NCBI RefSeq assembly: GCF_004010195.1
Contig: NC_057751.1
Location: 14,395,784 to 14,459,783 of the forward strand
Source of the DNA: Chiloscyllium plagiosum
Lineage: Eukaryota
Direction: 5' to 3'
Length of the DNA: 64,000 nucleotides
The notes under the pieces were generated by a model, which ran no database searches, was not told the DNA's origin, and worked only from the letters and a program-made list of their open reading frames with translations. Each line of letters starts with the position of its first letter. The stretch's first letter is position 1. Of the stretch, positions 12,696 through 24,829 are shown piece by piece. A program made the position numbers and the translations under genes.

Positions 12696-13670
12696 CTCTG
12701 TCAGCCGCTAACTTTAGTATCAATAGCTATTTGAACTGGCTGATCCTGCTCCTGCCCTTTACCAACATCTGCACATTGGTGAGATATCATTGTTACGTAG
12801 AATGTTATAGGGTCATCGTATCATGGAGACATCATGGCCCAAACGAAGGCCATTCAGCCGACTGAACCAGTTCGTTGCAGACCAATCCAGCTCAGTCAGT
12901 TTCAGTCACCACCCAGGATCCAGCTCCTAGTGGATTACCTAACTGATTGAGTACTGCCAGATCAGAGCTTGCCGAGGGTGATCCCAGTTTAACTCTGAAT
13001 TGGCAAACCAGTCCAGCATTGCCCCTGACCTCGAAAAGGAAGTGATAAGGCCTTCCAGTGACGCAGTTGCAACAGTGTGAATTGCTATCAGTCCAAAACA
13101 TCTGGGCCAGAAGGCGGCTCCTGTGTTGACAGGACCCCTGGGACTTCCACAGTCAGAGACTGGGCTTCAGAACAGACACTGAAACTGCAGATAGTGGTGC
13201 GTTTTGTTTCTGAGGATGAATTTTGAGCAACTTTACAACGACAGAGACACCGTGGATGTCTTTGTCGACCACTGTGAAAACACGCGATGCATTTTGTGCG
13301 CATGTTTTCCATTGACTGATTTATTGTAGCCACATAACGAAAATAATGTTCAGATCTTTCACTCACATGGCTGGTCTTTTGCAGTAAGTATTCAGCCAGT
13401 CAAGTCGTTGCCCATTATAGGACAACCTGAGACCAATGACAAATCTCTGGTGCAGTAAATCTATCTGGATCCATTTTCCATATTTTACAAATGAAAGTCC
13501 AAATGATAGTGGACTCTTTGTGGACCTTAAGTGGTAGCTCAACTCAGAGCATAGCAACGAGCAGAAAATTTCGGGTCATGGCTTTGTGGAGGTTGTCTTT
13601 AAATGTGTTTCCATTTATTAAAATGAGACTTCAGATTATTCATTCTAATTCATGTCCTTTTCTTCCGCAG

Positions 13671-13715
13671 CGCTCACAGTCACCACGTCCGATGTCTCCT
13701 CTCACCTACCCTGAG
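13671..13715 (+). CDS. DMTN: Dematin coding exon 4 (RSQSPRPMSPLTYPE)
   Basis: TTTTCTTCCGCAG acceptor, GAG|GTAAGG donor; 45 nt; aligns with human RSLSPKSTSPPPSPE. Confidence 0.93.
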
Positions 13716-13958
13716 GTAAGGTGGAAGGATCAATCCTCATTTTATGAACTGATCTGTTATGAAGCATACTCATTTCCTTATCCACCAAAGCAGGTTCAGA
13801 AATATCCTGGGATCTAAGGAACTCTTGCTGCAGCCATCTTTCCCAGGATTCCTTGCTCAAATCCCTCCAATCAGGTTTCCAGTGAGGTCACAGTACGGAA
13901 ACAGCTTTCAGCAAAGCCTCAAATGACCAATGTGAAACTGTGGTGAAACAGTCCCCCT

Positions 13959-14320
13959 TGGATGCAGGTTTGCTCGCTGAGTTGTAAGGTTCATTTCCAG
14001 ACGTTTCGTCACCCTAGAGAATTCCTAGAAATGTGGCATTCCAACCGGAACTCTATCAACAAACACATCGAGTTAGACCTGCATCTGCCACCCCCTGAGA
14101 AAAAGAACAGGAAATGACATCACCACTGGAAATAACATCAACAACCCAAAGAAACCCAAACATATTCATAGAAAGCAGGAATCATCAGCAGTGCTTTGCC
14201 CAGAGGCCCACTGAAGATGTTACCTTATAGGGTGACGAAACGTCTGGAAATGAACCTTCCAGCTCAGCGAGCAAACCTACATCCAGAACCTCAACCTGCA
14301 AATCTTCTCAAAACTCGCTA
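13959..14320 (+). mobile_element. Penelope-like element 3' end/pLTR (family B) with an inverted 5' arm and a 13-bp TSD
   Basis: TSD AAACAGT(C/T)CCCCT at 13946-13958 and 14321-14333; 13960-14015 is the reverse complement of about 14229-14284; homologous to the GIY-YIG-encoding copy at 55335-56530. Confidence 0.85.
14208..14247 (+). ncRNA. Minimal type-I hammerhead ribozyme motif (family B), core intact
   Basis: CCA-CTGAAGA-T-GTTACCT TATA GGGTGAC-GAAAC-GTC-TGG: 3-bp stem I, 7-bp stem II, loopless ACGU stem III. Confidence 0.72.
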
Positions 14321-14324
14321 AAAC

Positions 14325-15895
14325 AGTTCCCCTCTCTATCTTCTATAATAGAATCCCGACAGTGTAGAAATAGGCCATTCTGCCCATCTAATCCACACTG
14401 ACTCTCTAAAGAGTATCCCACCCAGACTCAACCCTCCTATCCTATACCTGTAACTGTGCCTTTCCCATGGCTAATCCACCTAGCCTCTACAGCCCAGGAT
14501 ACTATGGGCAGTGTGGCATGGCCAATCCACCTAACCTGCACATCTTTGGACTGAAACAGCAGGCGTTTCCTCCAATTCACCATTCGGAAGAGCCAAGCCA
14601 GTGTCTTAGAACATGGAACATAGAACAGTACAGTACAATACAGGCCCTTCGGCTCATGATGTTGTGCCAAGCATTCATCTTAATCTAAGATCAACCTAAC
14701 CTACACACCACTCAATTTACTACTGTCCACATGCTTGTCCAGCAGTCGCTTAGATGTCCCAAATGTCTCTGACTCTACTACCATGGCTGGGCAGTGCCTT
14801 CCACCACTCTCTGCATAAAGAACCTACCTCTGGCATCTTCTCTCTCCCTTCATCCAATCACCTTGAAATTATGACCCCCTCCGACTGCCATTTCTGCCCT
14901 GGGGAAAAGTCTCTGGCTATCCACTCTATCTGTGCCTTTCATCGTCTTGTACACCTCTATCAAGTCACCTCTCTTTCTTCTTCTCTCCAGTGTGAAAAGC
15001 CCCAGCTCTCTCAACCTCCCCTTCAAAAGACAAGCCCTCCAATCCAGGCAGCATTCAGGTAAACCTCCCCTGCACTCTCTCCAAAGCATCTCCATCCTAC
15101 CTATAAGGAGGTGAAGTTCCCCTCTCTATCTTCTATAATAGAATCCCTACAGTGTAGAAATAGGCCATTCTGCCCATCTAATCCCCACTGACTCTCTAAA
15201 GAGTATCCCACCCAGACTCAACCCTCCTATCCTATACCTGTAACTGTGCCTTTCCCATGGCTAATCCACCTAGCCTCTCCACTATGGGCAGTGTGGCATG
15301 GCCAATCCACCTAACCTGCACATCTTTGGACTGAAACAGCAGGCGCTTCCTCCAATTCACCATTCGGAAGAGCCAAGCCAGTGTCTTAGAACATAGAACA
15401 TAGAACAGTACAGTACAATACAGGCCCTTCGGCTCATGATGTTGTGCCAAGCATTCATCTTAATCTAAGATCAACCTAACCTACACACCACTCAATTTAC
15501 TACTGTCCACGTGCTTGTCCAGCAGTCGCTTAGATGTCCCAAATGTCTCTGACTCTACTACCATGGCTGGGCAGTGCCTTCCACCACTCTCTGCATAAAG
15601 AACCTACCTCTGGCATCTTCTCTCTCCCTTCATCCAATCACCTTGAAATTATGACCCCCTCCGACTGCCATTTCTGCCCTGGGGAAAAGTCTCTGGCTAT
15701 CCACTCTATCTGTGCCTCTCATCGTCTTGTACACCTCTATCAAGTCACCTCTCTTTCTTCTTCTCTCCAGTGTGAAAAGCCCCAGCTCTCTCAACCTCCC
15801 CTTCAAAAGACAAGCCCTCCAATCCAGGCAGCATTCAGGTAAACCTCCCCTGCACTCTCTCCAAAGCATCTCCATCCTACCTATAAGGAGGTGAC
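14325..15895. repeat. Near-identical tandem duplication of about 780-790 bp (HE1 tail + CR1 3' end)
   Basis: 14325-15114 and 15115-15895 match almost base for base; the second copy has a 15-nt deletion. Confidence 0.92.
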
Positions 15896-17480
15896 CAGAA
15901 GTGAACACAATCTTCCGAGTGTGGTCTAACCAGGGTTTTACACAGTTGCAGCAAAACCTCACGGCTCTTAAACTCACTCCCCCGTTAATGAAAACCCAAA
16001 CACCATATGCCTTCTTTTAACAACTCTATCAACTTGGGCGGCAACTTTGAGGGATCTATATACGTGGATCCCAAGATCCCACTGTTCCGCCACACTGCCA
16101 GGAATCCTGTCTTTAACCTTGTATTCGGCATTCAAATTCGACCTTCCAAAATGAATCACTTTGCCTTTATCCAGGTTGAACGACTTTTGCCACTTCTCAG
16201 CCCAGCTCTGTCAATGTCTCGTTGTAGCCTTGGCTATGGTAAAGGTGAGGCAGTTGCGATCACTGTCGCCGAAATGCTCTCCCACCGAGAGATCTGACAC
16301 CTGGCCGGGCTCGTTGCCTAGCACCAATTCCAATATGGCCTCCCCTCTCGTTCGGCCTATCTACATGTTGAGTCAGGAATCCTTCCTGGACACACCTGAC
16401 AAAATGGGCTCCATCCAGACCATCTGCACTAAGGAGGTTCCAATCAGTGTTGGGGAAGTTGAAGTCACCCATCACAACAACTCTGTTACATCTGCATCTT
16501 TCCAAGGTCTGCTATCCATTCTGCTCTACCACCCCTTTGCTGCTATTGAGAGAGCCTGCGAAAACATCCAATGAAGTGACTGCTCCTTCCCTGTTACTGA
16601 TTTCCACGCGTACTGACTCAGTGCACAGACCCTCCACAGCAATCTCCTTTTCTGCAGCTGTGATGCCCTCTTTAATGAACAATGCTACTCCCCCTCCTCT
16701 TTGACCCCCCCCCCCGCCTCCGTTCTTTTTAAAAAGATCTAAACCCTGGAACATGCAGCAACCATTCCTGCCCCTGTGAAATCCATGTCTCACTTATGGC
16801 CACTACATCATAGTTCCACGTACAGATCTATGCTCAAAGTTCATCACTCTTATTCCTGACACTCCTTGCATCGTAAGAGACACACTTTTACCCAACCCTT
16901 TGCCCTATCAACTGCATATCCTTCTTGACAGACACTCTGCATTCTATTTCTGCCTGTTCAACAACTACCTTCTCCTCTGATCTGTCACTCTGGTTCTCAT
17001 CCCCCTGCCAAACTAGTTTAAACCCTCCTGAAGTGCGCTCGCAAATCTCCCGTTCAGGACATTGGTGCCCTTCCAGTTGCAACCCGTCCTTCATGTACAG
17101 TAGGAACCCCAATGATTTATGTATCTGAAGGCCTCCCTCCTGCACCAGCCCTGTAACCACATGTTTAACTGCACTTGCTCCCTGTTCCTCACCTCACTAG
17201 CACGTGGCACCGGTAGTAATCCTGAGATTGCCACTCTGCTCATCCTGCTTTTTACCTTCCAACCTAACTCACTGAAATCACCTTTTAGATCCTCATCCCT
17301 TCCCCTAGCTATGTCGTTGATGCCAACTGCACCACAACCTCTGGACACTCACCCTCCCCCTTCAGAATCTTGTCGACTCCATCAGAGACATCCTGGGCCC
17401 TGGCACCTGGGAGACGAAATACTTCCGGGAGTCCTGTTCGCAACCACAGAATCTCCTGTCCGTTCATCTCATTATTGAGT
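15385..17480 (-). mobile_element. Decayed CR1-type LINE with internal deletions (RT C-terminus, endonuclease, ORF1 esterase remnants)
   Basis: RGGGVALFIKE, VVVMGDFNFPNTDW, VGINDIAR...RVAISGLLPVPRAS. Confidence 0.9.
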
Positions 17481-17780
17481 TTTCTGGGAGCAGTTTCAGT
17501 TCCCCCATCTCCCGTGAGTTTGGTCCCTGCGTCCAGTATTCGACTCCCACCCTGGCTGGCAAGGCCTCAGTTTGGCTCTGCCGAGCTATCGCACTTGGAT
17601 CTTCCAGGATTTCCTCCTGGCCAGTCCAGCTGTCAGCCGGATCCAAGAGTCCAGTGGTGGAGAATTTCCTCTGGCTGTTCCCCTTGCTTGGGTGGCCCCA
17701 GTGCAAGGGTTGTCAGCAAGGAGCTGTATCAGGGGAGGGCAGCACACACACGCTAACTGTGAAACTCTGTCTCCTTTCAG

Positions 17781-17907
17781 TACATGATGTATAAGGAGAG
17801 CCGGGAATGGGCAGATGGGAAGTCTCCGGGATCCACGATGGGATCGGCCTGCAGTCGCCGTAGCTACCTGTCCACTGGGAGTCTCCCACACCACTTCCAC
17901 AGGCCAG
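17781..17907 (+). CDS. DMTN: Dematin coding exon 5 (YMMYKESREWADGKSPGSTMGSACSRRSYLSTGSLPHHFHRP + G)
   Basis: CTCCTTTCAG acceptor, CAG|GTAGGG donor; WAD.KSPG and SLPHHFHRP match human WADSRSPG and SLPHFHHP; phase 0 to 1. Confidence 0.92.
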
Positions 17908-18064
17908 GTAGGGGCACAGCATGTGATTTGACTGTTGCCTGAATCCTCACACTCAGCTCACATTCGGCAGCGGGTTCACTGGTCACATTCTGAAGGATTT
18001 TATTCGCCAACAAATAAATTACAATTAACTGAACATCATAAAGAACAAGCGTGTGATGTTGAAC

Positions 18065-19228
18065 TCCATCTCTCTTCCTCTCTGTGTCTCTCTGAAACTC
18101 CCTCTGTCTCTGGTCTCTCGATTGCTCTGTCTTCTGCTTCTGTGTCTTTTCTCTCTGACTGTCTCTATCTCACTCTGCACATGTGTGTGTCTCTGTCTCT
18201 CTCTCTCTCTGTGAGTGAGTATGTGTGTGTGTGTGTCTGTCTCTCTGTCTCTGTGTGAATGAGTATGTGTGTGTGTGTCTATATCTCTCTCTCTCTCTGT
18301 GAGTGAGTATGTGTGTGTGCATCTGTCTCTCTCTCTCTCTCTGTGAGTGAGTATGTGTGTGTGTGTCTGTCTGTCTCTCTCTCTCTGTGAGTGAGTATGT
18401 GTGTGCATCTGTCTCTCTCTCTCTGTGAGTATGTGTGTGTGCATCTGTCTCTCTCTCTCTCTCTGTGAGTGAGTGTGTGTGTGTGTCTGTCTCTCTCTCT
18501 GTGAGTGAGTATGTGTGTGTGCGTCTGTCTCTCTCTCTCTCTCTCTCTGTGAGTGAGTATGTGTGTGTGCATCTGTCTCTCTCTCTCTGTGAGTATGTGT
18601 GTGTGCATCTGTCTCTCTCTCTCTGTGAGTATGTGTGTGTGCATCTGTCTCTCTCTCTCTGTGAGTATGTGTGTGTGCATCTGTCTCTCTCTCTCTGTGA
18701 GTATGTGTGTGTGCATCTGTCTCTCTCTCTCTGTGAGTATGTGTGTGTGCATCTGTCTCTCTCTCTCTGTGAGTATGTGTGTGTGCATCTGTCTCTCTCT
18801 CTCTGTGAGTATGTGTGTGTGCATCTGTCTCTCTCTCTCTGTGAGTATGTGTGTGTGCATCTGTCTCTCTCTCTCTGTGAGTATGTGTGTGTGCATCTGT
18901 CTCTCTCTCTCTGTGAGTATGTGTGTGTGCATCTGTCTCTCTCTCTCTGTGAGTATGTGTGTGTGCATCTGTCTCTCTCTCTCTGTGAGTATGTGTGTGT
19001 GCATCTGTCTCTCTCTCTCTGTGAGTATGTGTGTGTGCATCTGTCTCTCTCTCTCTGTGAGTATGTGTGTGTGCATCTGTCTCTCTCTCTCTGTGAGTAT
19101 GTGTGTGTGCATCTGTCTCTCTCTCTCTGTGAGTATGTGTGTGTGCATCTGTCTCTCTCTCTCTGTGAGTATGTGTGTGTGCATCTGTCTCTCTCTCTCT
19201 CTCTGTGAGTGAGTGTGTGTGTGTGTCT
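18065..19228. repeat. Compound (CT)n/(GT)n microsatellite containing a perfect 36-bp higher-order unit, about 18 copies
   Basis: GCATCT recurs every 36 nt from about 18569 to 19186; the array runs into the gap. Confidence 0.95.
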
Positions 19229-20066
19229 NNNNNNNNNNNNNNNNNNNNNNNNNNNNNNNNNNNNNNNNNNNNNNNNNNNNNNNNNNNNNNNNNNNNNNNN
19301 NNNNNNNNNNNNNNNNNNNNNNNNNNNNNNNNNNNNNNNNNNNNNNNNNNNNNNNNNNNNNNNNNNNNNNNNNNNNNNNNNNNNNNNNNNNNNNNNNNNN
19401 NNNNNNNNNNNNNNNNNNNNNNNNNNNNNNNNNNNNNNNNNNNNNNNNNNNNNNNNNNNNNNNNNNNNNNNNNNNNNNNNNNNNNNNNNNNNNNNNNNNN
19501 NNNNNNNNNNNNNNNNNNNNNNNNNNNNNNNNNNNNNNNNNNNNNNNNNNNNNNNNNNNNNNNNNNNNNNNNNNNNNNNNNNNNNNNNNNNNNNNNNNNN
19601 NNNNNNNNNNNNNNNNNNNNNNNNNNNNNNNNNNNNNNNNNNNNNNNNNNNNNNNNNNNNNNNNNNNNNNNNNNNNNNNNNNNNNNNNNNNNNNNNNNNN
19701 NNNNNNNNNNNNNNNNNNNNNNNNNNNNNNNNNNNNNNNNNNNNNNNNNNNNNNNNNNNNNNNNNNNNNNNNNNNNNNNNNNNNNNNNNNNNNNNNNNNN
19801 NNNNNNNNNNNNNNNNNNNNNNNNNNNNNNNNNNNNNNNNNNNNNNNNNNNNNNNNNNNNNNNNNNNNNNNNNNNNNNNNNNNNNNNNNNNNNNNNNNNN
19901 NNNNNNNNNNNNNNNNNNNNNNNNNNNNNNNNNNNNNNNNNNNNNNNNNNNNNNNNNNNNNNNNNNNNNNNNNNNNNNNNNNNNNNNNNNNNNNNNNNNN
20001 NNNNNNNNNNNNNNNNNNNNNNNNNNNNNNNNNNNNNNNNNNNNNNNNNNNNNNNNNNNNNNNNNN
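19229..20066. other. Assembly gap (N run)
   Basis: Ns. Confidence 1.
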
Positions 20067-20499
20067 GGACAGGGACAGCACGGGGTTAGATACAAAATAC
20101 AGCTCCTTCAACACTTTCTGAATAGTATTCCTTTTACCCCATGCCTGACTGAACAATGTGACCATTTCGCAGTGATCTGATGTTCACTTGTTACATACAA
20201 TGTGGAAGTGCTGGTGTTGGACTGGGGTGCTCACTTGTTGAGTAGGAGCTGTGTTGAAATTGGTCAAACTGGAGAATTTGTGAGGAAAGGTCACTCAACA
20301 CAAAACATTAACTTCGGCTTTCTCTCCACAGATGCTGCCAGACCTGCTGAGTTTGACTTTAAATGTGCCGGTTGGGACCAGCAACTTGAGTGCTGAAGCT
20401 CACACACAATCACAGCCCTATGTAGTGAGCTCAAAGGATACCAACAACAAATGGGCATTAGTTCAAACTTGCTGTATCCCATATTCTAAACAAAGGGAC

Positions 20500-21150
20500 A
20501 GAGTGTGTGTGTGTCTATGTGTGACTGTGTGTGAGAGAGTGTAAGTGTGCGTGTATGTCTGTGTGTGTGTATCTGTCTCTGTTTCTCTGTGAGTGTGTGC
20601 GTGTCTGTCTCTGTCTCTCTGTGTCTCTGTGAGTGTGTGCATGTCTGTCTCTCTCTCTCTGAGTGTGAGCGTGTCTGTCTATTTGTCTCTCTCTTTGTGA
20701 GTATGTGTGCGTGTCTGTCTGTCTGTCTGCTGTCTCTCTCTCTGTGAGTGTGTGTCTATCTGTCTCTCTCTGTCTGTGAGTGTGTGTGCGCGTCTGTCTG
20801 CTGTCTCTCTCTCACTGTGAGTGTGTGTGAATCTGTCTCTCTCTCTCTTTCTGTGTGTGTGTGTATCTGTCTCTCTCTCTCTGAGTGTGTGTGTATGTCT
20901 GTGTGTGTGCGTGTGTATCTGTCTCTCTCTCTCTTTGTCTGTGTGTGTGCGTGTCTCTGTTTCTCTCACTCTCTCTCTCCTCCTGTGTCTCTCTCTCTGT
21001 CGCGACTATCTGTCTCTTGTTTCCTTTCCCTATCTCTCTCTTTGCCAGTATCTTTCTCTGTTTCTCACTGTCTGTAACTTCCTCTCTCCCACTCTCTCTC
21101 TCTTTCCACCTATTTCTGGGTCTCCCTCTATCTCTCATCGCTTTCTCTCT
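20500..21150. repeat. Degenerate (GT)n/(CT)n compound microsatellite
   Basis: Direct reading. Confidence 0.93.
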
Positions 21151-21399
21151 GATCTGTTTTGTTTGAGTGAACCTAATGATCTCGAATCCTCATTCGGCAT
21201 GCCCTCTTAGTCCTCATGTTAAAGAGTAGACTGAACAACGTCACACACTGGAATCGAGCTTGCAATCTGATGTAGGCAGCAGCACTTTGGGAAGTTCACG
21301 GAGAAAATGTGTGGGAAAAGACATCAGGATCCTCAAATCTTACAGACTTCTCGCTCACTCCCTTGAATAGCAGAACACAGCATACAAGATCATGATAAT

Positions 21400-21690
21400 G
21401 AAAGGCTTGTATTTTTATAGTACCTTTTATATGATCAGATCCTGACAAAGCAGCTTACAGACAAAAGAATACGTTTGAGGTGTTACTGTGGGAGTCAAGC
21501 AGTCAAATTACAGGCATCAAGCTCATCCAAACACCAAAGGGATAATAGCTATATACTGTCATTTGTTTTCATAATGAGGGATAAATATTGTCCAGGCCCC
21601 TGCTGTGCTTCTTTGAGCAGTTTCACAGGATCTTGCAATTTCACCTAGGAAGACGAGACCTCCAACTGCACAGCGCTCCCTCAGAGATGG
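21400..21690 (-). mobile_element. Old Deu-domain SINE (SacSINE1/AmnSINE1-like) remnant
   Basis: GAGGGATAAATATTGTCCAGG...CCCCTGCTGTGCTTCTTTG...CAGCGCTCCCTCAG resembles the reverse complement of the Deu core as I recall it; tail TTGTATTTTTATAGTACCTTT. Confidence 0.6.
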
Positions 21691-21882
21691 TGCCCTGTAC
21701 AGTCACTTGTCATTGTTTGAAAGTCATTCAGGAAGCAATTGCAAGTACTTTCCCTGGGGCTTTTCTCAGGGACAACTGTAACTTCAGACGATAACGAATA
21801 ATAATAATCATTGACAGACTCTGGAGACGGGTACTCTGAAAGGTTTGATCATTTCAACGTTATTGTTTTGTTTAATTCCTAG

Positions 21883-21930
21883 ATATCGGCACCAATATGT
21901 ACAGGAAGCGACCCATCTACAAGCAGAATG
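21883..21930 (+). CDS. DMTN: Dematin coding exon 6 ((D)IGTNMYRKRPIYKQN + G)
   Basis: TTAATTCCTAG acceptor, ATG|GTACGG donor; matches human SNIYKKPPIYKQ; phase 1 to 1. Confidence 0.93.
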
Positions 21931-22369
21931 GTACGGTCTGTTTTGTTTCTTCCAATTTTGGAGTAACCTCTCATTTTCTGTTTGCGTTACAGCTACGTGG
22001 CAAACCTCTATCTGAGGAGACCACAATCTGTGATGTGGCAATGTCACCCCACCAAACAATGTGCGTGACCTCAGTCTCTCTGACCTTGCCACCAGCTCCA
22101 GTTGTCCAGTCGACCTTGTGACTTTCCATCACTGGTACACTGGGGACGATTCTCCCTCTGGAACATCACTGGGGAGGAAACCTTCAAAGCTCCATTCCCA
22201 ACTCTGGACCTCCCTCTCTCAAACTCAACGTTCACTGCCTCCCTCCCCACCTTCAAAGTTCACCTGAACAACTTTGAAGTCATGTGCATATCACATTGAA
22301 AGTCTATCTCCTTGGTCTTCCTCCATCTTTGCTGGGGTCTTCCTTCTAACAATAATTTGATGGAACAGT

Positions 22370-22610
22370 AACCCCACGTTAAAAAAACAGGAAATGACAT
22401 TATCACAGGAAATGACATCTACCAACCCAAAGAAACCCAAACATATAAATAGGAAGCGGGAATCAGCAGCATTGCTTTGCCCGGAGGCCCACTGAAGATG
22501 TTAGCTAGTAGGGTGACGAAATGTCTGGAAATGAACCTTCCAGCTCAGCAAGCAAACCAACATCCAAAACCTCAACCTGAGCTACAAATCTTCTCAAAAC
22601 CCACATAAAT
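22370..22610 (+). mobile_element. Penelope-like pLTR fragment (family B) with a hammerhead variant at 22489-22528
   Basis: Homologous to 14100-14320; CCA-CTGAAGA-T-GTTAGCTAGTAGGGTGAC-GAAAT-GTC-TGG. Confidence 0.82.
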
Positions 22611-22632
22611 GACTCCCCTTGGTATTACAAAA

Positions 22633-22925
22633 GCGGCATGGTGGCACAGTGGTTAGCACTGCTGCCTCACAGCGTCAGAGACCCGGGTTCAATTCCCGCC
22701 TCAGGCGACTAACTGTGTGGAGTTTGCACGTTCTCCCCGTGTCTGCGTGGGTTTCCTCCGGGTGCTCCGGTTTCCTCCCACAGTCCAAAGATGTGCAGGT
22801 CAGGTGAATTGGTCATGCTAAATTGTCCGTAGTGTTAGGTAAGGGATAAATGTAGGAGTATGAGTGGGTTGCGCTTCGGCGGGGCGGTGTGGACTTGTTG
22901 GGCCGAAGGGCAATCTAATCTAATC
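22633..22925 (+). mobile_element. HE1-type SINE
   Basis: GGTGGCACAGTGGTTAGCACTGCTGCCTCACAGC...GGGTTCAATTCCC...(AATCT)n tail. Confidence 0.93.
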
Positions 22926-24597
22926 AGTCAGAATTGAATTGAATCAGCTTTATTGTCACATGTACTCAAACGAGTGCAGTGTGAAGTTTACAAAACACCA
23001 CTTACAGCGCCCTGCGAGGTACAAGTTACCTCAGCACAGACTCTTCAGTAAAAGTTATGAGAAAAAATATGGATAAGGAGTTGGCATACAATGTGCGCAA
23101 ATGTGAAATTACCGACTTCGACTGGGAAAAATAAAGCAACGCTGATGTGAAATGGTGAGACTATTCAGTGTTGCTGTTCAGTGGCATTGGGAAGACAGAA
23201 AGTTAACCTACAGCAATGAGAGAGGCAACCCGGAATTACAATTTATCACAGGGGGCTTGAGACAACCAGTCTTGCCACAAATTGGTGAGGTTATGTCTGG
23301 AGTATGAAGTATAGTTTGGTCTCCATATCTGAGGAAGAATATTCTCAATGTGGAGGGGTACAAAAGATGTTTGTGAGACTGATTCCTGAATAGAATCCCG
23401 AGTGTGTGGGGCCCATCCAGTCCACACCAATCCTCCGAAGAACAACCTACTCAGACCCAGCTCCTATCCCCGTGACCCTGCATTTCCCATGGCTAATTCA
23501 CTATCTATATATCTCTGGACAATACAGAGCAATTTAGATTCTGGGAGGGCTTGACAGGCCAGATTTTGAGAGAATGGGGCTGGAGAGTGCAGAATTAGAG
23601 GGAATAGTGATAGCTAATTCTGACTGTTGAGGAAAATATGTCTTCGCTCAGAAAATTATAAATTAAAGGACCCTAACCCAAGGAGCCATGAATGCTCAAT
23701 ACTGAGCGTATTCGAGGCTAAGATCAGTAAACTGGTTGACATACATCCTGCCAATTAGAGTCACTGCATATTATTCCTTCATCTTCCAATACACATACAA
23801 TTTCCGAAACAGATCAATAATTTGCCTTTACTTCCACAAGCTACAAATTCAGTTTCTTGTCAAAAGCCCTTTCAAAATCCTTATCAATAACACTGACAGA
23901 CAATTCACCTCTTCAAAAAAAGAATCCTCAGGCATGACCTACCCTTTCCAAATCCGCACAGGCTCTCTCTGATTCCGTGAAAAAGTTTTAACTTGTTCAC
24001 TCAGTCCCTTAACTACGCATTGGAATAAGTCTCATCAAGGCCAACTGGACATTTCCCTTCTGTGAACAATTTTGAATCGAGGAATGACAAGCACAACTTT
24101 CCAAATGAAAAGAATAGGGAAACGTTGCTGAGTTGAGAGATTTGGAAGAAAATTGTTCAGGCACGTGTAATAGCCTCCCCTTGGTTCTTTTAAAACCTTG
24201 GGATGGAAACCATCTGGTCCTGGGAGTTTGTCAGTCTTTATAGTGGGATTAATTTCTTTGTTACTGTTAGTTTCCTTGCACTAATAATGGTGCTTCCCTG
24301 TCTCTACTTCAATATTGGTTCCCCTGGGCTATCCGACACACTATTTTACTCTGCAGTATATACTGAAGCAGTCTTCATTCATCATCCTAACAACCATTTT
24401 TTTTCCCTCATTTAATTGGTATAATATTTTGGCAGCCTTTCTCAAGTTCTTTGTGTCGGTTCTGTCACCTTTTGGTCCTGCAGCAGTGTATGTGAAAGTA
24501 CATTCTCACCCCTTTATCTTCATGGACCCTCCAGCTCCTCACTGCAACTAGTTTCAGTACAGAAGCTCACGGCCTCCATTTTACCTTCTTGTCCCAG

Positions 24598-24747
24598 AAC
24601 CATTGACAGTGCTTCCACAGAGTAAATACATCGAGGATCTCATCATTGAATCATCAAAGTTCCCGGCTGCCCAGCCTCCAGATCCCAACCTCCCGGCGAA
24701 GATTGAGACAGAATACTGGCCTTGTCCTCCCTCGCTTGCTGTCGTAG
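24598..24747 (+). CDS. DMTN: Dematin coding exon 7 ((E)PLTVLPQSKYIEDLIIESSKFPAAQPPDPNLPAKIETEYWPCPPSLAVV + G)
   Basis: Near-identical to human IEDLIIESSKFPAAQPPDPNQPAKIETDYWPCPPSLAVV; CCCAG acceptor, GTAAGA donor. Confidence 0.97.
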
Positions 24748-24829
24748 GTAAGACGCAACCAACAAGCCTGTAATCTTACCGTGTTTTTACCATCGGTTTG
24801 ACTTCAGAACTGTGGATGGGAAGGGACCG

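Noticed and set aside
18170..20180. 300-640 aa ORFs here and across the other gaps (31888-32986, 49942-51447)
   Set aside because: Artefacts of N runs and microsatellites
21970..22015. Acceptor-like TTTTCTGTTTGCGTTACAG just after exon 6 (alternative terminal exon ATWQTSI*)
   Set aside because: It would need a 62-nt intron and gives an immediate stop; no homology support
22633..22710. tRNA genes
   Set aside because: The A/B-box heads belong to HE1 SINEs and continue into the SINE body; no complete cloverleaf
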